Shown here: positions 62,801 through 64,000 of the stretch, one piece after another | Layout: every line of letters starts with the position of its first letter | Position numbering within the stretch: position 1 is the first letter of the stretch | Source: Yuukianura sp. NJ FZ-2021 | Taxonomy: Eukaryota | Reading direction: 5' to 3' | Assembly (NCBI GenBank): GCA_046563655.1 | Contig: CM102289.1 | Coordinates: forward strand, 7,378,001 to 7,442,000 | Length of the DNA: 64,000 nucleotides | Position numbers and translations under genes: made by a program | The notes under the pieces: generated by a model | Told to the model about the DNA's origin: nothing | Database searches by the model: none | The model's input: the letters and a program-made list of their open reading frames with translations, nothing else

Positions 62801-63650
62801 AATCAACGTCTTTTTGCAAAAGTGTTGAATTCCAAAATAATCGTCTCCAAATCTTTAGCTTTTGTAGCTCACATTTCTTTTATTTGGTTCAAAATAGTTG
62901 ATTGGATGCCAAGAAGCTTGTGAGTTCCATCTTCATCAACCAGAAAATACTGAACAAGATGCCAGCAATAGTCAAATGTTGCCTCCCATCGCTCTACCGG
63001 TTGAACCTCTTCTTAAAATTTTCACAAATTTGAATCCCCCGCTTCTTAAATGGCCGAACTCCTCCGCGCGTCATCACGTGGTCTACTCTGTTATCAAATA
63101 CGACCATTCTTCTTGGATTCCCGTTGGAGAACAGACGATTTTAAACCAAATGTCAATTGATCTGGACTCATCTCACACTGGCCAAAGGTCAAAGGTCATT
63201 GACCTGAGGTCAAAGGTCACAGACCTCAGAGTGCTAGCTGTCACCGCCCAGGGACTGACTCATGTTTACTCAACTGCTGGAGGGAACTTTGAAACAAGAC
63301 GCGGGAGACAGCAAGAAGAAGATGATCCTTGGCACTTTCGGTTATCTTCTCTTGTACATCAAAAGTTTTTGGTTGTTACAGAAGTCAGGTGGGAATTTCC
63401 GCGGGAACTTCAAAATTTTCAAACTTATGGCGGAGAGCGTAGAAATGACACCCTGGAGCAACCGAGAGATCGAAGTACCAATGCAACTGAAGATCTTCGT
63501 AGCCATGACGACAAAGACGACGACATGCGGCGACATACACTGTTCCTATTGACTTGGGAAGTTTATGGGGGATTGGTTCGCGGTCACTTGGTGACTGAAA
63601 CCAATGTCGTCACAATCAGCCTTTGGCCAGAAACGAGCTACAGTTTACAG
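59850..63650 (+). CDS. Secreted or membrane protein with Cys-rich N-domain and FN3-like region (fend/anosmin-like); 3' end beyond window
   Basis: Signal-like N-terminus; phase-0 exons 59850-60245, 60329-60400, 61070-61196, 62899-63650 giving AQCRANCL..CWNTC..C..C|LIGCQEAC, then LTWEV..ISLWPETSYSLQ. Family assignment is tentative. Confidence 0.6.
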
Positions 63651-64000
63651 GTAAACCATACAGTTCTGTCATACACAGGGTTTGTGGACCACCGTTTAAA
63701 AATTTTTTGGCACTTTTGGAGAAATAGTTACGAAATTGGCGCATTGTGGTCACGGTTGACAAATTTGACGACAAGAAAAGTTGAAGTACGGAATAAAGAG
63801 GTAGAGACACACTTAGCTTCTTTTGTGAAAGCCGGAAACATAATCGAATTTTCTCCTTTCCGTTTTTTCATTTTTATTTCCGTACGTACAAAAAAAGAAA
63901 GTTGGATTGAGTTATAATCCAAATCCACCTAGCCATCTCCTTCTCTTTTTCTTTTCACCACCTTTCTTTTATATTTGGAAAAAGTATGCTTTAGAAAGCT

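Noticed and set aside
63651..63917. C-terminal 88 aa of the 62898-63917 ORF
   Set aside because: A good donor CAG|GTAAAC at 63650/63651 suggests this is intron read-through.

Overview
Gene-dense, AT-rich eukaryotic DNA with many short GT-AG introns. Gene content indicates an arthropod; a springtail or other non-insect hexapod is a plausible but unproven guess. I reconstructed about 16 spliced protein-coding genes by hand: an Ig/FN3/DB-module receptor (3' part), an FAD-linked aldonolactone-oxidase-family gene, LRRK, a DM4/DM12-like gene, a kainate-type iGluR, two tandem 7TM chemoreceptor-like genes, a synaptopodin/myozenin-like gene, a SID-1-family gene, a macrodomain gene, a rhomboid, a small Cys-rich secreted precursor, COPB2, Abp1, PWP1 and the 5' part of a Cys-rich/FN3 gene. 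There are also two tRNA-Ile(AAT) genes, a MITE and a Helentron/DINE-1-like element. The most interesting signals are: (1) two candidate domesticated horizontal transfers, a lactone oxidase with an intron and a C-terminal peroxisomal SKL signal, and a bacterial SCO6735-type macrodomain joined to a basic N-terminal exon; (2) an iGluR that natively carries the Lurcher gate substitution (SYTANLATF) and a shortened ligand-binding loop; (3) a four-exon toxin-like precursor mostly missed by the ORF track; (4) a ~2.2 kb tandem duplication that carried the iGluR terminal exon along with the chemoreceptor; (5) clusters of AGGTCA nuclear-receptor motifs, one inside coding sequence. All family assignments come from motif recognition, not database searches, and all gene models are manual.
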